Of a stretch of DNA of 64,000 nucleotides, positions 11,560 to 22,568 are shown piece after piece. Location: contig CAWHCF010000026.1 in NCBI GenBank assembly GCA_963827655.1, positions 274,708 through 338,707 of the forward strand. Direction: 5' to 3'. Made by a program: the position numbers and the translations under genes. Positions within the stretch are counted from its first letter, which is position 1. Every line of letters starts with the position of its first letter. The notes under the pieces were generated by a model. It saw only the letters and a list, made by a program, of their open reading frames with translations. It was not told the DNA's origin and made no database searches. The DNA is from an uncultured Acidobacteriota bacterium (GTDB lineage: Bacteria > Acidobacteriota > UBA6911).

Positions 11560-14230
11560 TCACTCCTGGCGCAGCGACTGCGCGGGATCGATCCTGAGCA
11601 CCCGCCGTGCGGGCACGTAGCAGGCCGCCATTGCGACAAGCGTGAGGCCGAGCGCCACGGCCAGCAGCGTCGAGTGGATCCGATGGCGACACGCCCACAA
11701 GCGCAGCCCGAATCAAGCCGCCCGCCACGTAGACGCCCGGCGCGCCGATCAGCACCCCCAGGCCCACGAGCCGAGCGCCCTCGCCCAGCACGAGTCGAAG
11801 GACGGTACGGTGATCGGCGCCGAGCGCGAGCCGCACGGCAAGCTCGTGACGGCGTCGCGTAACCGATCCCGAGATCACGCCGAACAAGCCCATCGCGGCG
11901 AGGAGCAGCGCGCCGAGCGCAAAGCCGGCGACGAGCACCGCGCTGACACGCTGCTGGCGAAGCGCGTCGCCGACGATCTCGTCCATGGTCCGCACATCGG
12001 CGAGCGCGAGTCGCGGGTCGATACGCCGGATTGCCGCTCGCACGTCCGGGACGAGGCTGTGCGGTTCACGCCCGGCGCGGAGCACGAACGACAGCGTGCG
12101 GTAGCCCCAGTCCTCGGCGCGCACGAAGAGCTGCGGACGGCCGTCCTGATGGACGTCGTACAGCCGAGCCTGCCCGACGACGCCGACGATGGTCAGCGAA
12201 CGATCGCGGAACGGGATCTTTGCGCCGAGCGGGTTGCCGGTCGGAAAGAACTGCCTCGCGAGGAGGCCGTCGATCAACGCCTCGCGCACGTCGTCGCGGC
12301 GCGCGTGGTCGAAGGCGCGGCCGGCAAGCAGCCGCATGCCCATGACCTCGACATAGGCCGCGCGGGTGCCGATGTAATCGACGAGCGGCGCGTCCCGATC
12401 GGCATCGCCGGTGTTCCCGGGCGCGCCCGGGATTCTGATCGTATTCTGACTGGCGGAGGCCGTGAGCGGCAGCGCAGATGTGGCGCTCACGCCCGTGACG
12501 CCGGGTATCGCCGCAAGCGCGTCCTCGACCCGGGCCTGGAGCGCGAGGGCGTCGGCGATTTCCGGGAAGATCTGGGACGGCATGGGCACGCGCATGGTGA
12601 GGACGCCCTCCGGCTTGAAGCCCGGGTCCGCACCGAGCAGCCGCTCGAAGCTCCGCACCACCAGGCCGCCGGCGCTGAGCAGCACGAATGTCAGGGCAAC
12701 CTGCGCGACCACCATGCCGCGTCGCATGCGGCCGTGACCGCCGCCGCCCCGCACGGCGCTTGCCGCGAGCAGCGACGACAGCGACGCGCGCGCCGCCCAC
12801 ACCGCGGGCGCGGTCGCGGCAATCAGACCGAGCAGCACACCCACGCCGATGACCATGGCTCCGATGCCCCAGTCGACCACGATCGCTTCGCGGCGCGGCA
12901 GGTCGAGCGGCGCGAGCGCGACGAGCGTGCGCGTGCCCCAGATGGCCGCCAGCGCGCCCGCCACGCCGCCCAGGAGACCCAGCAGCCCGCCCTCGATGAG
13001 GGTCGCGCGTACGATGACGGCGCCGTTGGCCCCGAGCGCGCGCGACACCGCGAACTCGTGCTCACGCTCGGCCGCGCGCGCCAGCAACACCGACGCGAGA
13101 TTCACCATCAACACGAGCACCAGGAACACGCCGGCGAAACCGAGGACGAGGAGGGCGGGGCGGACGCGGGAAACCAGGTCGGGCTTGAGCCCGACCGGAT
13201 ACAACTTCAGGCCCCGGCCCTTGAAGTCACGCGCGTCGACGGCTCTGCCGACGGCGGCCACGGCGGCCGCCACGGCCTGCGGCGACGTGCCGCGGCGCGC
13301 GCGGATCAGACCCGCGTAGGATCCGGCGCCCGGATTGGTCTCCTTGAGATTGACGCTGAACGTGACATACGCGTCGGCGGGCTGCGGCGGCCCTAGACTG
13401 GCGTTCTGGACGAACGCGAAGGTCGGCGGCATCACACCGATAATCGTGTGCGGCTGCCCGTTCAATCGCACGTCCGTGCCCACGATCGATGGATCGGCGC
13501 CGAGCCGGTTCCACAGCCCGTGCGTCAGCACGATCAGCGCCGGGCGGCCTGGGCCCGCTTCGCTCGAGGCGAAACCCCGACCGAGTGCCGGGCCCACACC
13601 GAGCAGCTCGAAGAGGTTCGGCGTCGTGACCATCACGGTGATCTCGGTCGGGTCGATGCCCTCCCGCGCGGAGAATGTTTGCCGCGTTCGCAGCAGACCC
13701 ACGGCGTCCTCGATGACGCCGCCGGACTGCTGCAGTTCCGCGATGTCCGTCCCGCCGAGCCAGCCTCGGTTGAGGTCGAAGTACGCCGTGTAGTCGCGCC
13801 AGACGAAGTAAAGATCGTCCGGATTCCGGTACGGCATGGGTTCGATGAGGATCTTCTGGACCACCGTATAGACGACCGCGAATGCGCCTAGTCCTACCGT
13901 CAGCGTCCCCACCATGGCCGCGGTCAACGCCGGCGAGCGCATCAGCCGGCGGGCCACCCTCTCCATATCCCGGCCCCAGTTGCCGCCGCGCCGCCACGCT
14001 GCCGCGGGCCGCGCGCGCTCGCCCGGACCGCTGCGCACCGAGTCGGCAAGCGCGTTCAACCACACGCCTGCGAGCCGAATGATGCCGCCGCGGTTCAGCG
14101 CCTCACGCGCGCGGTCCCGGTACGTCTCCACCATCGAGCCGCCCATATCGTCGCGGAAGTCGGGCGGGTAAAGCCGCAGCAGGAGCCTGAACCAGCGCTC
14201 GGACGCATTCATCAGGCGCTCGTCCTTCAT
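11560..14230 (-). CDS. ADOP-type duplicated MacB/FtsX ABC permease; one extra base near 11671
   Basis: Two MacB-like halves (REHEFAVSRALGA; RRHELAVRLALGA). The typical C-terminus ACYVPARRVLRIDPAQSLRQE* lies in another frame ending at 11560. Confidence 0.88.
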
Positions 14231-14580
14231 TTCGTTACCCTCGTGAGCAGGCCGCCGATCCGCGCCGCCCGCGTCAGCGCTTCCAGCCGCCGCGCCTCCG
14301 CCCTCGCCACGCGCAGGCCTGCAGCCGTGATGCGGTAGTAGTTGCGCCGCTCGTCGCCCGCGTCCGGCGCCGGCCGGCGGGCCGCCGCCTCGATGAGCCG
14401 ATTCTCCACCATGCGCGCCAGCGCCCGGTACATCGTGCCCACGTCGGGCACCCCTGTCTCGCCACGCGCCTGAATGTCCTTGATGATCCCGTAGCCATGC
14501 CGCTCGCCAGCAGCGAGGCTGAGCAGGATGTGAAACTCGACCATCCGTAGCGGCATGCTGCGGTCCCTGTCCATTGCCAT
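14227..14580 (-). CDS. PadR family transcriptional regulator
   Basis: ILLSL..GERHGYGI, GTMYRAL.RM, RRNYYRIT..G; overlaps the permease start. Confidence 0.9.
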   Translation of the reverse strand: MAMDRDRSMPLRMVEFHILLSLAAGERHGYGIIKDIQARGETGVPDVGTMYRALARMVENRLIEAAARRPAPDAGDERRNYYRITAAGLRVARAEARRLEALTRAARIGGLLTRVTK

Positions 14581-14620
14581 AGCGTCACCTCGCCAGCACC
14601 GGTGTGTGAGTGTGCAGCAC

Positions 14621-14650
14621 ATATATGCACTACGCATACATAGCTGTCAA
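14621..14650 (-). promoter_or_regulatory. padR promoter with overlapping palindromic operator
   Basis: TTGACA (14650-14645) followed by imperfect inverted repeat ATGTATGC-gtagt-GCATATAT (14641-14621). Confidence 0.6.
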
Positions 14651-14749
14651 GTCCTGCGTCAGGCTCTAGGTTCTACCCGGATTGCGGCTCAGACACTTTC
14701 CGAATCCTCATGTGGCGACGGGCGATCAGCAAGCGTCGCCGAACCATGA

Positions 14750-15022
14750 TCGGTAGGACTCTAGCCTAACACGCATCTTGTATTGGTCAGAAGACAGTTT
14801 GCCAGCTGCCCTTCAAAGGGCGAAGGGATTGCAGCAAGGCCTGCGTAGCAGCGAGCGCTGAACCGACGGCCACGCAGCGCCCCTTAAGTGACAAATACAG
14901 ATCCATGACCATGAGCTGCGCTTCGCTGCCACGGGGCTAATTTCCGTCGCCCCTCCGGGGCGAGATCGCGAGACCTGATGAGATGCGCGTAACGCTAAGA
15001 GCAAGCTACCGCACTCCAAGAG
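14750..15022. repeat. REP hairpin with nested MITE-like element
   Basis: CGGTAG...CACGCATCT...AGATGCGCG...GCAAGCTACCGCACTCC; same layout as 55245-55385. Confidence 0.6.
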
Positions 15023-15046
15023 CGCCCGCGTCTCAGGGCGGGCAGA

Positions 15047-15075
15047 TTGAATCGGAAGAAACACGCAGGTATAAT
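15047..15075 (+). promoter_or_regulatory. sigma70 promoter
   Basis: TTGAAT-17 bp-TATAAT, 33 nt upstream of ATG 15109. Confidence 0.7.
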
Positions 15076-15108
15076 ACTGCGCCACTATAGCTCGAATGGA
15101 GTTTCAGG

Positions 15109-15828
15109 ATGAATCGTTGCTGCCTCGCCTTGTACATTTGCCTGACGATCGGACCGGTTTCACTTCCGGCGCAGCAGAAGACCGCAACCATCGCATTCGA
15201 TAGCCTGACGAAGGACTTCGGGTCGGTCGTCGAAGGACAGAATCTCAAGCACGTTTTCAAATTCAGCAATAAAGGGGGCGCTCTCCTTCAAATAATCCGG
15301 GCTGAAGGTTCCTGAGGGTGCACTGCCACTTTGCTGTCAGCAAAGCAAATCGAACCGGGTAAGACGGGACAGCTTGAGGTAACGGTTCACACCGAAGGGA
15401 TTACCTCCAAGGTAACCAAGACGGTAACAGTCACAACCAACGATCCTCGACAACCTCAGGTCATTCTTACTGTGATGGCGACGGTCCGGTCGGAGTTCAC
15501 TCTTTCCGAAAACAGAATTTTCTTTGGAAATGTCCCGACAGGAAAAGAAGTTTCGAAAGAGATAGTGATAACCATCGTAGGCGAGCGTCCGCTCAAACTC
15601 TTGAGTGCTGTTTCCACCGATAACAACGTGCGAGTGAAACTCCAGCCTGTCCCCGGCTCAGGTAAAAGTTTCAAGCTGGTGAGCATCCGGAAACTGGACG
15701 CGAAACCGGGCCATCATTCCGGAAGCATCGTGGTGAGAACTTCCAGTATCTACAAGCCTGAGCTGAAAATCCCCGTCAGTGGCATGATCGCCCCATTCCA
15801 ATTGACGATTGATTCGATTTACGATTGA
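15109..15828 (+). CDS. DUF1573-like Ig-fold secreted protein; probable selenoprotein (in-frame UGA at 15313)
   Basis: ORFs 15109..15315 and 15331..15828 are in one frame, separated only by TGA. They read DFGSV...HVFKFSNKG..LQI..EGS-U-GCT...IEPGKTGQLEV...KTVTVTTNDP, where this family has SCGCT. Confidence 0.8.
15329..15345 (+). promoter_or_regulatory. Putative bacterial SECIS hairpin
   Basis: CTTTGCT-GTC-AGCAAAG is a perfect 7-bp stem with GU in the loop, the G lying 21 nt after the UGA. Confidence 0.65.
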
Positions 15829-15848
15829 CGATTTACGATTGACGATTG
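15801..15848. repeat. Heptamer array (ATTGACG/ATTTACG)n
   Basis: Read directly; an inverted counterpart lies at 16380-16411. Confidence 0.9.
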
Positions 15849-16064
15849 AAAAGTCACGGAAGAGAACGTGCGGTCTTGATTGAAGCGACAACCATGGAAA
15901 GGAGTTCATCGGCTTCCTTCATCAGATCGGCAACCGGCAGCCGATATTCGATTTACGATTGACGATTGAAAAGTCACGGAAGAGAACGTGCGGTCTTGAT
16001 CGAAGCGACAACCATGGAAAGGAGTTCATCGGCTTCCTTCATCAGATCGGCAACCGGCAGCCGA
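15829..16064. repeat. Tandem duplication, 120-nt period, of the 3' end of the four-helix-bundle gene
   Basis: 15829-15944 equals 15949-16064 except one base (15881 T vs 16001 C). Confidence 0.92.
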
Positions 16065-16327
16065 CTCTTGTGTCTCATTTCGTCAAATAACTCCAGCCAG
16101 TAGAGCGATTCGTCGCACTCCTCCTCAACAATCTTCAACTTCGCAATGAAATCGGCGCGCGATCGAGCCCGACATGCAGAACGATAATTTGCTCCCACCG
16201 AGGTCCCTGCACGAACCAGTTGTCCTCCTATTACGTAAGATGCTCCTGAGTTCGGCAATCCTTCGACGAACTGAATGACTCTAATGGCAAATCTCTTGGT
16301 TCGCTTCCTGAACTCGTCAGCATTCAT
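15974..16327 (-). CDS. Four-helix-bundle protein (23S rRNA IVS protein / Avd-like family)
   Basis: RTKRFAIRVI...QLVRAGTSVGANYR.ACRARS.ADFIAKL.IVEEE.DES.YWLEL. Confidence 0.92.
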   Translation of the reverse strand: MNADEFRKRTKRFAIRVIQFVEGLPNSGASYVIGGQLVRAGTSVGANYRSACRARSRADFIAKLKIVEEECDESLYWLELFDEMRHKSRLPVADLMKEADELLSMVVASIKTARSLP

Positions 16328-16379
16328 CTACCTTCTAACAGTGTGCCTTGAACAATTGCCAACAAAATCTCGGCTTTTA

Positions 16380-16411
16380 AATCGTCAATCGTCAATCGTA
16401 AATCGTCAATC
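16380..16411. repeat. Heptamer array (AATCGTC)n, inverted relative to 15801-15848
   Basis: aatcgtc aatcgtc aatcgta aatcgtc aatc. Confidence 0.9.
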
Positions 16412-16412
16412 C

Positions 16413-16895
16413 TTACATAAATGCTTTGATCAGTTCCGTCTGTATGACCTTCAGATTGTTGTGGGCATGGTCGAGTTCCGCAATCTTCGACTCCAGAGCG
16501 CGGATCAGGGCTCGTTTCTCGAGTCCGTTCTTGACTATCATGAGCAGAGCGTCGTTGTCCCAGGGCTTCTCGATGTACTGGTACAGGCCGACTTCGTTGA
16601 TTGCTTTGATGGCGTTTTCCTTGTCGGCGTAGCCGGTCAGAAGCACTCGCACGGCTTGAGGCTGGACGTCCTTGAAGACTGTCAGAAAACGTATGCCGTC
16701 CATTCCCGGCATCAAGTAATCAGTGATTACCAGGTCGATCGTATGGTTCTTGGCGTCCGCAAGAGCTTGTTCCGGAGAGATATGGACGACGAGACGATAA
16801 TCCGTTTGTAACCGGAAGAGGTTGCGCAACGAGGTCGTCACCATTTCCTCGTCGTCCAGGATGAGAACCGTAGGTCGGTAGTTTTGTTCAGCCAT
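16413..16895 (-). CDS. Response regulator (receiver plus short coiled coil)
   Basis: LDDE, TDYLMPGMDG, LTGY, IEKPW. Confidence 0.9.
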   Translation of the reverse strand: MAEQNYRPTVLILDDEEMVTTSLRNLFRLQTDYRLVVHISPEQALADAKNHTIDLVITDYLMPGMDGIRFLTVFKDVQPQAVRVLLTGYADKENAIKAINEVGLYQYIEKPWDNDALLMIVKNGLEKRALIRALESKIAELDHAHNNLKVIQTELIKAFM

Positions 16896-18595
16896 TCGCC
16901 TTCCTTTCCGCGCCTTCCTGTATGGGGAGCACAATGGTGAACGTTGTGCCTCGGCCTGCTTCGCTTTCAAGCTCGATGCGCCCGCCGTGGTCCTGGATGA
17001 TCTTCAGGCAAATGGACAGGCCAAGTCCAGTTCCCAGCCCCGCCTGCTTGGTGGTAAAGCCGGGGTCGAAGACCTTGGATTGGAATTCGGGCGGTATGCC
17101 CTTGCCGTTGTCGCTGATCGCTATGCGAACCGTTTCGTCTTCTTCCCAGGTCCGTATGCGGATCTCGCCCTCTCCCTCGATGGCCTGTGAGGCATTCACC
17201 AGCATGTTCATGAAGACCTGGTTGAGCTGGTTAGGGTAACACTCGATCTCACGCACCGCGCCAAACTCCTTGACCACGTTTATCCGGCGCTTGAGCTCGT
17301 GGGCGACCAGCGTCAGAGTACTTTCGATTCCATCGTGAATATTGACCTTCTTTCGCTCTGCCTCGTCGAGACGAGCGAAGTTGCGAAGGCTCCGGACGAT
17401 CTTCACGATGCGCTCGCAGGCCATGCGATTCGTCCGAATGGCATCGTCGACGATTTCGATAATACCTTCCAGCTCTTCGTTTGTGCCTTCCGGTTTCAGT
17501 TGCGACTTGAGGTAAGGCTGAACCTTCTGGAAGGTAAGGGCGAAAATGTCGTTATTGCTGTTAATACTGCCGAGCGGCGTGTTGATCTCATGAGCCACGC
17601 CGGCAACCAGGCTTCCAAGGGCCGCCATCTTTTCGGCTTGTAATAACTGCGCCTGCGACTCCAGAAGGAGCTTATGCTTTTCCGAAAATTTCCCTTCGAG
17701 CGAGCGGGTGTAGCTGGCCAGGTCCGCTTCCATCTTGCGCATCGTGGTCACGTCGCGGCAGATGCGGTGGATCAACTTCTGGCCGGCCGCCTCCAGGATC
17801 GAGCAGCTCACGCTCATGATGATTCGGTTCCCGTCCTTGGTCAGGAAGGGAAGGTCGCCGGTAACGCCACAGCCGCATCGCCTGCTCTACCAGGTCGGCA
17901 AATTCCTTGACCCGATCCATCTCGTCGGGCGGATACAGGTCCCGCTCGTTCATGCTGACGAGCTCCTCGAAGGTGTACCCGGTGATCCTCTCCGCTTGCA
18001 GGTTAGCGTCGAGGATTTCACCCGACGCGGCGTCAAGAGTGAAAATGGCATCGTTGGCAAGATTGAACAGTTCTCGATATCGCAGCTCGGTCTCGAGTAG
18101 CGCCTGGTTGCCTCGTTCGACGCGCTGTTCGAGAACGACGGCGTGTTTGAGCAGCATTTTTTCCGCTTCTTCCAGCCGGCGATTCTTATCTTCCAGCTCC
18201 TGCTGGTAGCGCAGATTCTCCTGCTCGAGCTGCCGTAGTTCGGTCGCGCGCCACACGGAGTTGCGCAGGTGAGCGACGTCGACGGGTTTCGTCAGGTAGT
18301 CCAGCGCCCCGTCGCGCAAGCTCTGGACCGCCAGGTCATGCGTGCTGTGGCCCGTGACAATGATGACGGGAGGCGATCCCGGGCGGCTCTTCAATTCCCT
18401 CAGGAAAGACATGCCGTCCATCTCAGGCATGTTAAGGTCGCTGACAATGACGTCCGGATCAAAGGACTGTTGGGTTTCGAGGGCTTCGCGGCCATTGGCA
18501 GCCAGCGCCACCTCGTATCCCAGGTCCTTCAGCGCCTCTCGCACAGTCTGGCGCGAGGCTTCATCATCATCGACAATCAGAACGCGATGAACCAT
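16888..18595 (-). CDS. Hybrid sensor kinase REC-PAS-HisKA-HATPase; frameshift near 17870
   Basis: REC (VDDD, SDLNMP, TKP) and PAS start in 17672..18595; AHEINTPL, NQVFMN, DNGKG and GTGLGL in 16888..17817. Confidence 0.85.
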
Positions 18596-18596
18596 G

Positions 18597-19023
18597 CTAC
18601 TGCTCTACCACGCTGGCCAGCCTGCGGAGTCGCTGTACCAGGTGCTTGAAAAGTCCCTCGACAATGTCCACGTGGTCGGAAAGGACTTCGTAGAAATCAT
18701 CCCGCGAGACAAAAAGCAGGCGAGACTCTTCCACAGTCTTGGCAGTTGTCGAGACGAGGCCCGTCATCGAAGAGAGCCCACACGCCGAAAGAGGTATTGG
18801 GGCCCATGCGGTCGATTTCCTCCTGTCCCCGGTGCATTCCCACAGATCCTGAAACGACGACGTAGAGTCCATCCGGAGCATCATTCTCCTGGTACAAGAC
18901 GCGCGCGGGCTGGACCGTGACCTCCTCGGCGATCGCGGCGAAAAAGGAAAGTTGTTCGGAAGTAACATAGGAAAAAAGATCGATATTTTGCAACAGCAGA
19001 ACTTTCTCAATAACGGTCAACAT
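18597..19023 (-). CDS. Cyclic-nucleotide-binding domain protein; frameshift near 18760
   Basis: EKVLLLQNIDLF...LYVVVSGSV...FG.WALFD..PR, continuing as TAKTVEESRLL.V.RDDF in the adjacent frame. Confidence 0.8.
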
Positions 19024-19130
19024 CGCTCATTACCAACAAAGCCGCGATTCTTAGCGTCTTTGCGGTTGGCACATCAAGACAAAAGCCCGCCGCAAGATAC
19101 AGAGGCCCGATTGCTTGCCGGCGGGCTCGG

Positions 19131-21906
19131 TCACCGCTCACGGCTTTCGATGCATTTCAACGCCCACTCCGCTGTCTCGCGAATCAACGGATCAGAATCC
19201 GACGAAAGCTTGCGGCACATATCCGCCAGATCAGAAATGCGCTCATCGCCAATCTGATAGAGGGCGCAGACTTTCAACCACACATCAGGCTGCTCGAGAA
19301 TCATCCTCAAAGCTTCCTTTCGCTCTCTTTTCTGGATGCCAAAGAGGCGCGACGCCCGATCGATAAGCCGTTCCGTCGAAGATTCCTCCAGCAAAGGAAG
19401 AATAATCGATTTCAGATTCTTGTGCAGCATGTTGTCCAGGAATTCAATCGCTGCGCTCCGGCGCTCGGCGCGAGCTCCCTTGAGCGCGTGGTATGCGGAA
19501 TACATGTCTTTCTGAGGATATTGCAGGCCCAGCAGCCGGAATATGATCTCGAGATTCTGGTCCAGTCGCTCTTTCAATGCGCGGCCCAACAATCTCCGGC
19601 CGTTCTTTTTGCCATCGGGCGCAACGACCCATGGCGAGCGCCAGCGCTTCGTAATAAGCCTGGGTTTCGGCATAGATCCGCTCGGCGATTTTGGGACGCG
19701 GCTTGAGAAGTCCCGGGTTCGATTCGTGCAGTCGATTGAGCGCCTTTACTACGCGGTACTTCAGCAAAGGATCCCCAACTCCCAGGTTGCTTATCAGAAT
19801 CTCCACCGAGCCTTCGCTTGGAATACGAGCGAGAATCCAGGGAATTTCGTGACGCAGGGCCACGTTTCTCTGCGGGTCGCAAAGCGCGTCGCCCAGGGTC
19901 CCCGTGATTCGGGCGCCATACTGGACGAGGGTCTCTCGAGACGCGGCCCGCAGGCGACGATCGGCCAGCATTGACATGATCTCCGCGACAAGCTCCACGT
20001 GGCCGGCGGCGCCCGCCGCTCGCGCGGCTGCGGCCGCGACCTGGCGATCGGGGTCTTTCAGAAGATCTTTGAGCAGAGGAACCGATTCGGCGGCCGGCAG
20101 CCGGACGGCCAGACGCGCCGCGGCCTCACGGGCTTCGCTGGCTCGGTCGCCCTCGACGTTCAGCAGACTTTGGATGAGTTCAAGGGAGGGCCGGAAATCG
20201 CTGCGTTCTGCAGCGTAGTGTGCTGTCGCCACGCGGGTGTCGAGATTTTCGTGACGAAGGAGGTGCTCGAGCTCTGACGACGTCCTGGCCGGATCCCGGG
20301 CGCACAGGTATTCTACGGCCGCCTGCCGCACCCCCGGGGAGCCGTCCGCTAACAGCCGCCGCGCCTCGGCCCTGAATTCACCTGGGAGCGCGATCAGAGT
20401 CCGGGTCGCCTCCTCCCGGACAAAGGGCGAATCGTGATTGAGAAGCGGCAAGAGTTGTGGCGCGAAATCGACGCCGCGGACTGATTGCAGCAGCCGAAGA
20501 GCATAAAGGATTTGACGCTCGTGCGCGCTCTCCAGCGTTGCCACCAGCAAGCGCACCGAGGCCGGGTCCGTGACGAAGCGCGACAGCGTTTCCAGATCCA
20601 TCTCTCGAAGCGCGAGCTGCTGGCGAAACGCTTCGACATAACTGTTGCGCAATCGCAGGGCGACTACCAGGCAAACCCCCGTGATGATCACAACGGCAAG
20701 CGCGGTCCCGCGCAGGCCGAAATCAAAGGACTCCGCGGTGAATAAGAGTATGACGAATGCCGCCGCCGCGCGTCCGAAGCGGTCAATGAACACGTCGATG
20801 AATAACTTGATCTTCTTTCGTACTTCCGGGGAGAGCGGCAGGTAAAGCAGCTCGAGCCCGGACCGGTTGATCGAGTAGCGGAAGACCGAGTTGAAACCGA
20901 GCGCCATGGTGGTGCTCCGAAGGGAGGGCGCCGTGAAGACGGCGATCGAGCTGAAGAATAGCCCTGCGGGCAAAAACAGGATCGACGCCCCAATGCCGAG
21001 CCGGCTGACCACGAAACCGGTCAAGGTCAGCTGGAGCAGAATTCCGGCCAGGTTCGTGATCAGATTGAACCTGCCGCGAAAGCCCTTGATCTCCTGCGCC
21101 ATTTCCGACTTGGGAAGATGCTGGAACGCTTGCTGGGTGGCGTAGTCTACCTGCCAGTCCGTGATCTGGGAGGCAATCATGGTCAGGAATATCAGGACCA
21201 CCAGGAGGACGAGATGGCGCGAGCCAAATACCAGTTTGTAAAGGTCGTAAAAGCGTTCGCCCGACGCCGACGCCTCGAACCGGCGCGACTCGGTGATTTT
21301 CTCCGCTTCGGCCCGGCGGTGTAGCCAAACGAGATGGCTCACCAGGATGAGCCCGAGGCAAATGCCGACGCAGATCATCAGCATCGATTCCGAATTCATG
21401 CGTTTGAGAAAATCCGAAAGAAAACTGCCGGCGCTGGCTCCCGCGATCGCCCCGGCCCCCAGCACACCATAGATTCGCTTCGCTTGCCGGCTGTCGTAGA
21501 TGTATCCGGCCAGTAGCCAGAACTGCCCCACCGAGACCACCGAGACGATCTGGACATAGACAAAGTAGGCGTAAGGAAGTTGAGCGAGGTTCCGGCCGAT
21601 TGCCCAGCGGAAGACGAAAAGCGATCCGATAATCGCGATGTTTGTGACCGTCAGCAGCTTGAGAGTGGAAAGCCGGCCGCTAAGCTTGAAAACCAGCGTT
21701 ACCAGCGGCCCCGCGATCAGGGCGGTCAATAGATACGCTTTGGGCAGATCGCTCGCGGGGAGTTCGCTGAGAAAGAGGGCGCTCCGCAGCGGCTTGAGGA
21801 TGTAATAGAACGTCAAGACACCGAAAATGTACAAGAACATCAGCCCGGATACACCCCATTCTCCGGGTTTGATCGGAAGGGCCTGAGCTAATCGCTTTAT
21901 CATCAA
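19131..21906 (-). CDS. Npt1/Npt2 (TLC nucleotide transporter-like) MFS protein fused to HEAT repeats; frameshift near 19625
   Basis: YYILKPLRSALFL, QFWLLA..YDSRQAKR.YG, RYSINR...ELLYLPL, K.FIDVFIDRFG, followed by HEAT-like repeats. Confidence 0.85.
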
Positions 21907-21942
21907 GTTCTAGCGTTTCGTCTTGGTGTCTTCGTGGTTGAT

Positions 21943-22533
21943 TTACTTCACTTCCTTTATGAATTCCTGCATTTCGAGAAAGAACTTTCGAATTCGCACG
22001 GGGAAAAGGGGCGTTTGCTTCAGATCCCTGGGGACGTTGCTGATGGAGTCAACCACTTTGAGGCCCGAAATAACTTCGCCGATGATGGTGTACTTGCCGT
22101 CGAAATAAGCCACTTCCTGCAAGCAGATGAAGAACTGGCTCCGGCTGGTAGAATCATCCTTCGGATGCGCCATCGACACTGTGCCGGGATGGTGCTTCAG
22201 ATCATTCGTTTCAAGCGCCACGGGTTCGACGGTAACTTCGGCCTCGAGCGCCTCGGAACGAGTTTGAGGATCGCCTCCCTGGATCAGCAAGCCGGGAAGG
22301 ACTCTGTGAAAGAGTATTCCATCGAAGAACTTCGCTCGAACCAGACTCTTGAATTTCTCCACGGTCTTCGGCGATTCCTGGGAAAAGAAGCGCAGGGTAA
22401 TTCGTCCTATATTGGTATCGATAACGGCAACTTCCTCCCGAACCTTTTCTTTCTTGGTCCCGTAGGCCGTCGTGCCCGGAAAAACCATAGCCGAACCGGC
22501 AAGAACGAGCAATGTACTAACCCATTTTGTCAT
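21943..22533 (-). CDS. Cyclophilin-type peptidyl-prolyl isomerase with signal peptide
   Basis: FHRV.PG..IQGGDP, GTVSMA, SQFFIC. Confidence 0.88.
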   Translation of the reverse strand: MTKWVSTLLVLAGSAMVFPGTTAYGTKKEKVREEVAVIDTNIGRITLRFFSQESPKTVEKFKSLVRAKFFDGILFHRVLPGLLIQGGDPQTRSEALEAEVTVEPVALETNDLKHHPGTVSMAHPKDDSTSRSQFFICLQEVAYFDGKYTIIGEVISGLKVVDSISNVPRDLKQTPLFPVRIRKFFLEMQEFIKEVK

Positions 22534-22568
22534 TGCCCCATCTCTTCCTATGCGCTAGATAAATTCCT

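Noticed and set aside
11642-13396. 584-aa plus-strand ORF and similar long antisense ORFs (e.g. 407..1855, 6446..7756, 36696..37895, 53998..55047)
   Set aside because: Shadow ORFs opposite well-supported genes in GC-rich DNA, with no motifs.
15801-16327. Complete diversity-generating retroelement
   Set aside because: No reverse transcriptase or lectin-fold target in the window, and only one synonymous mismatch.
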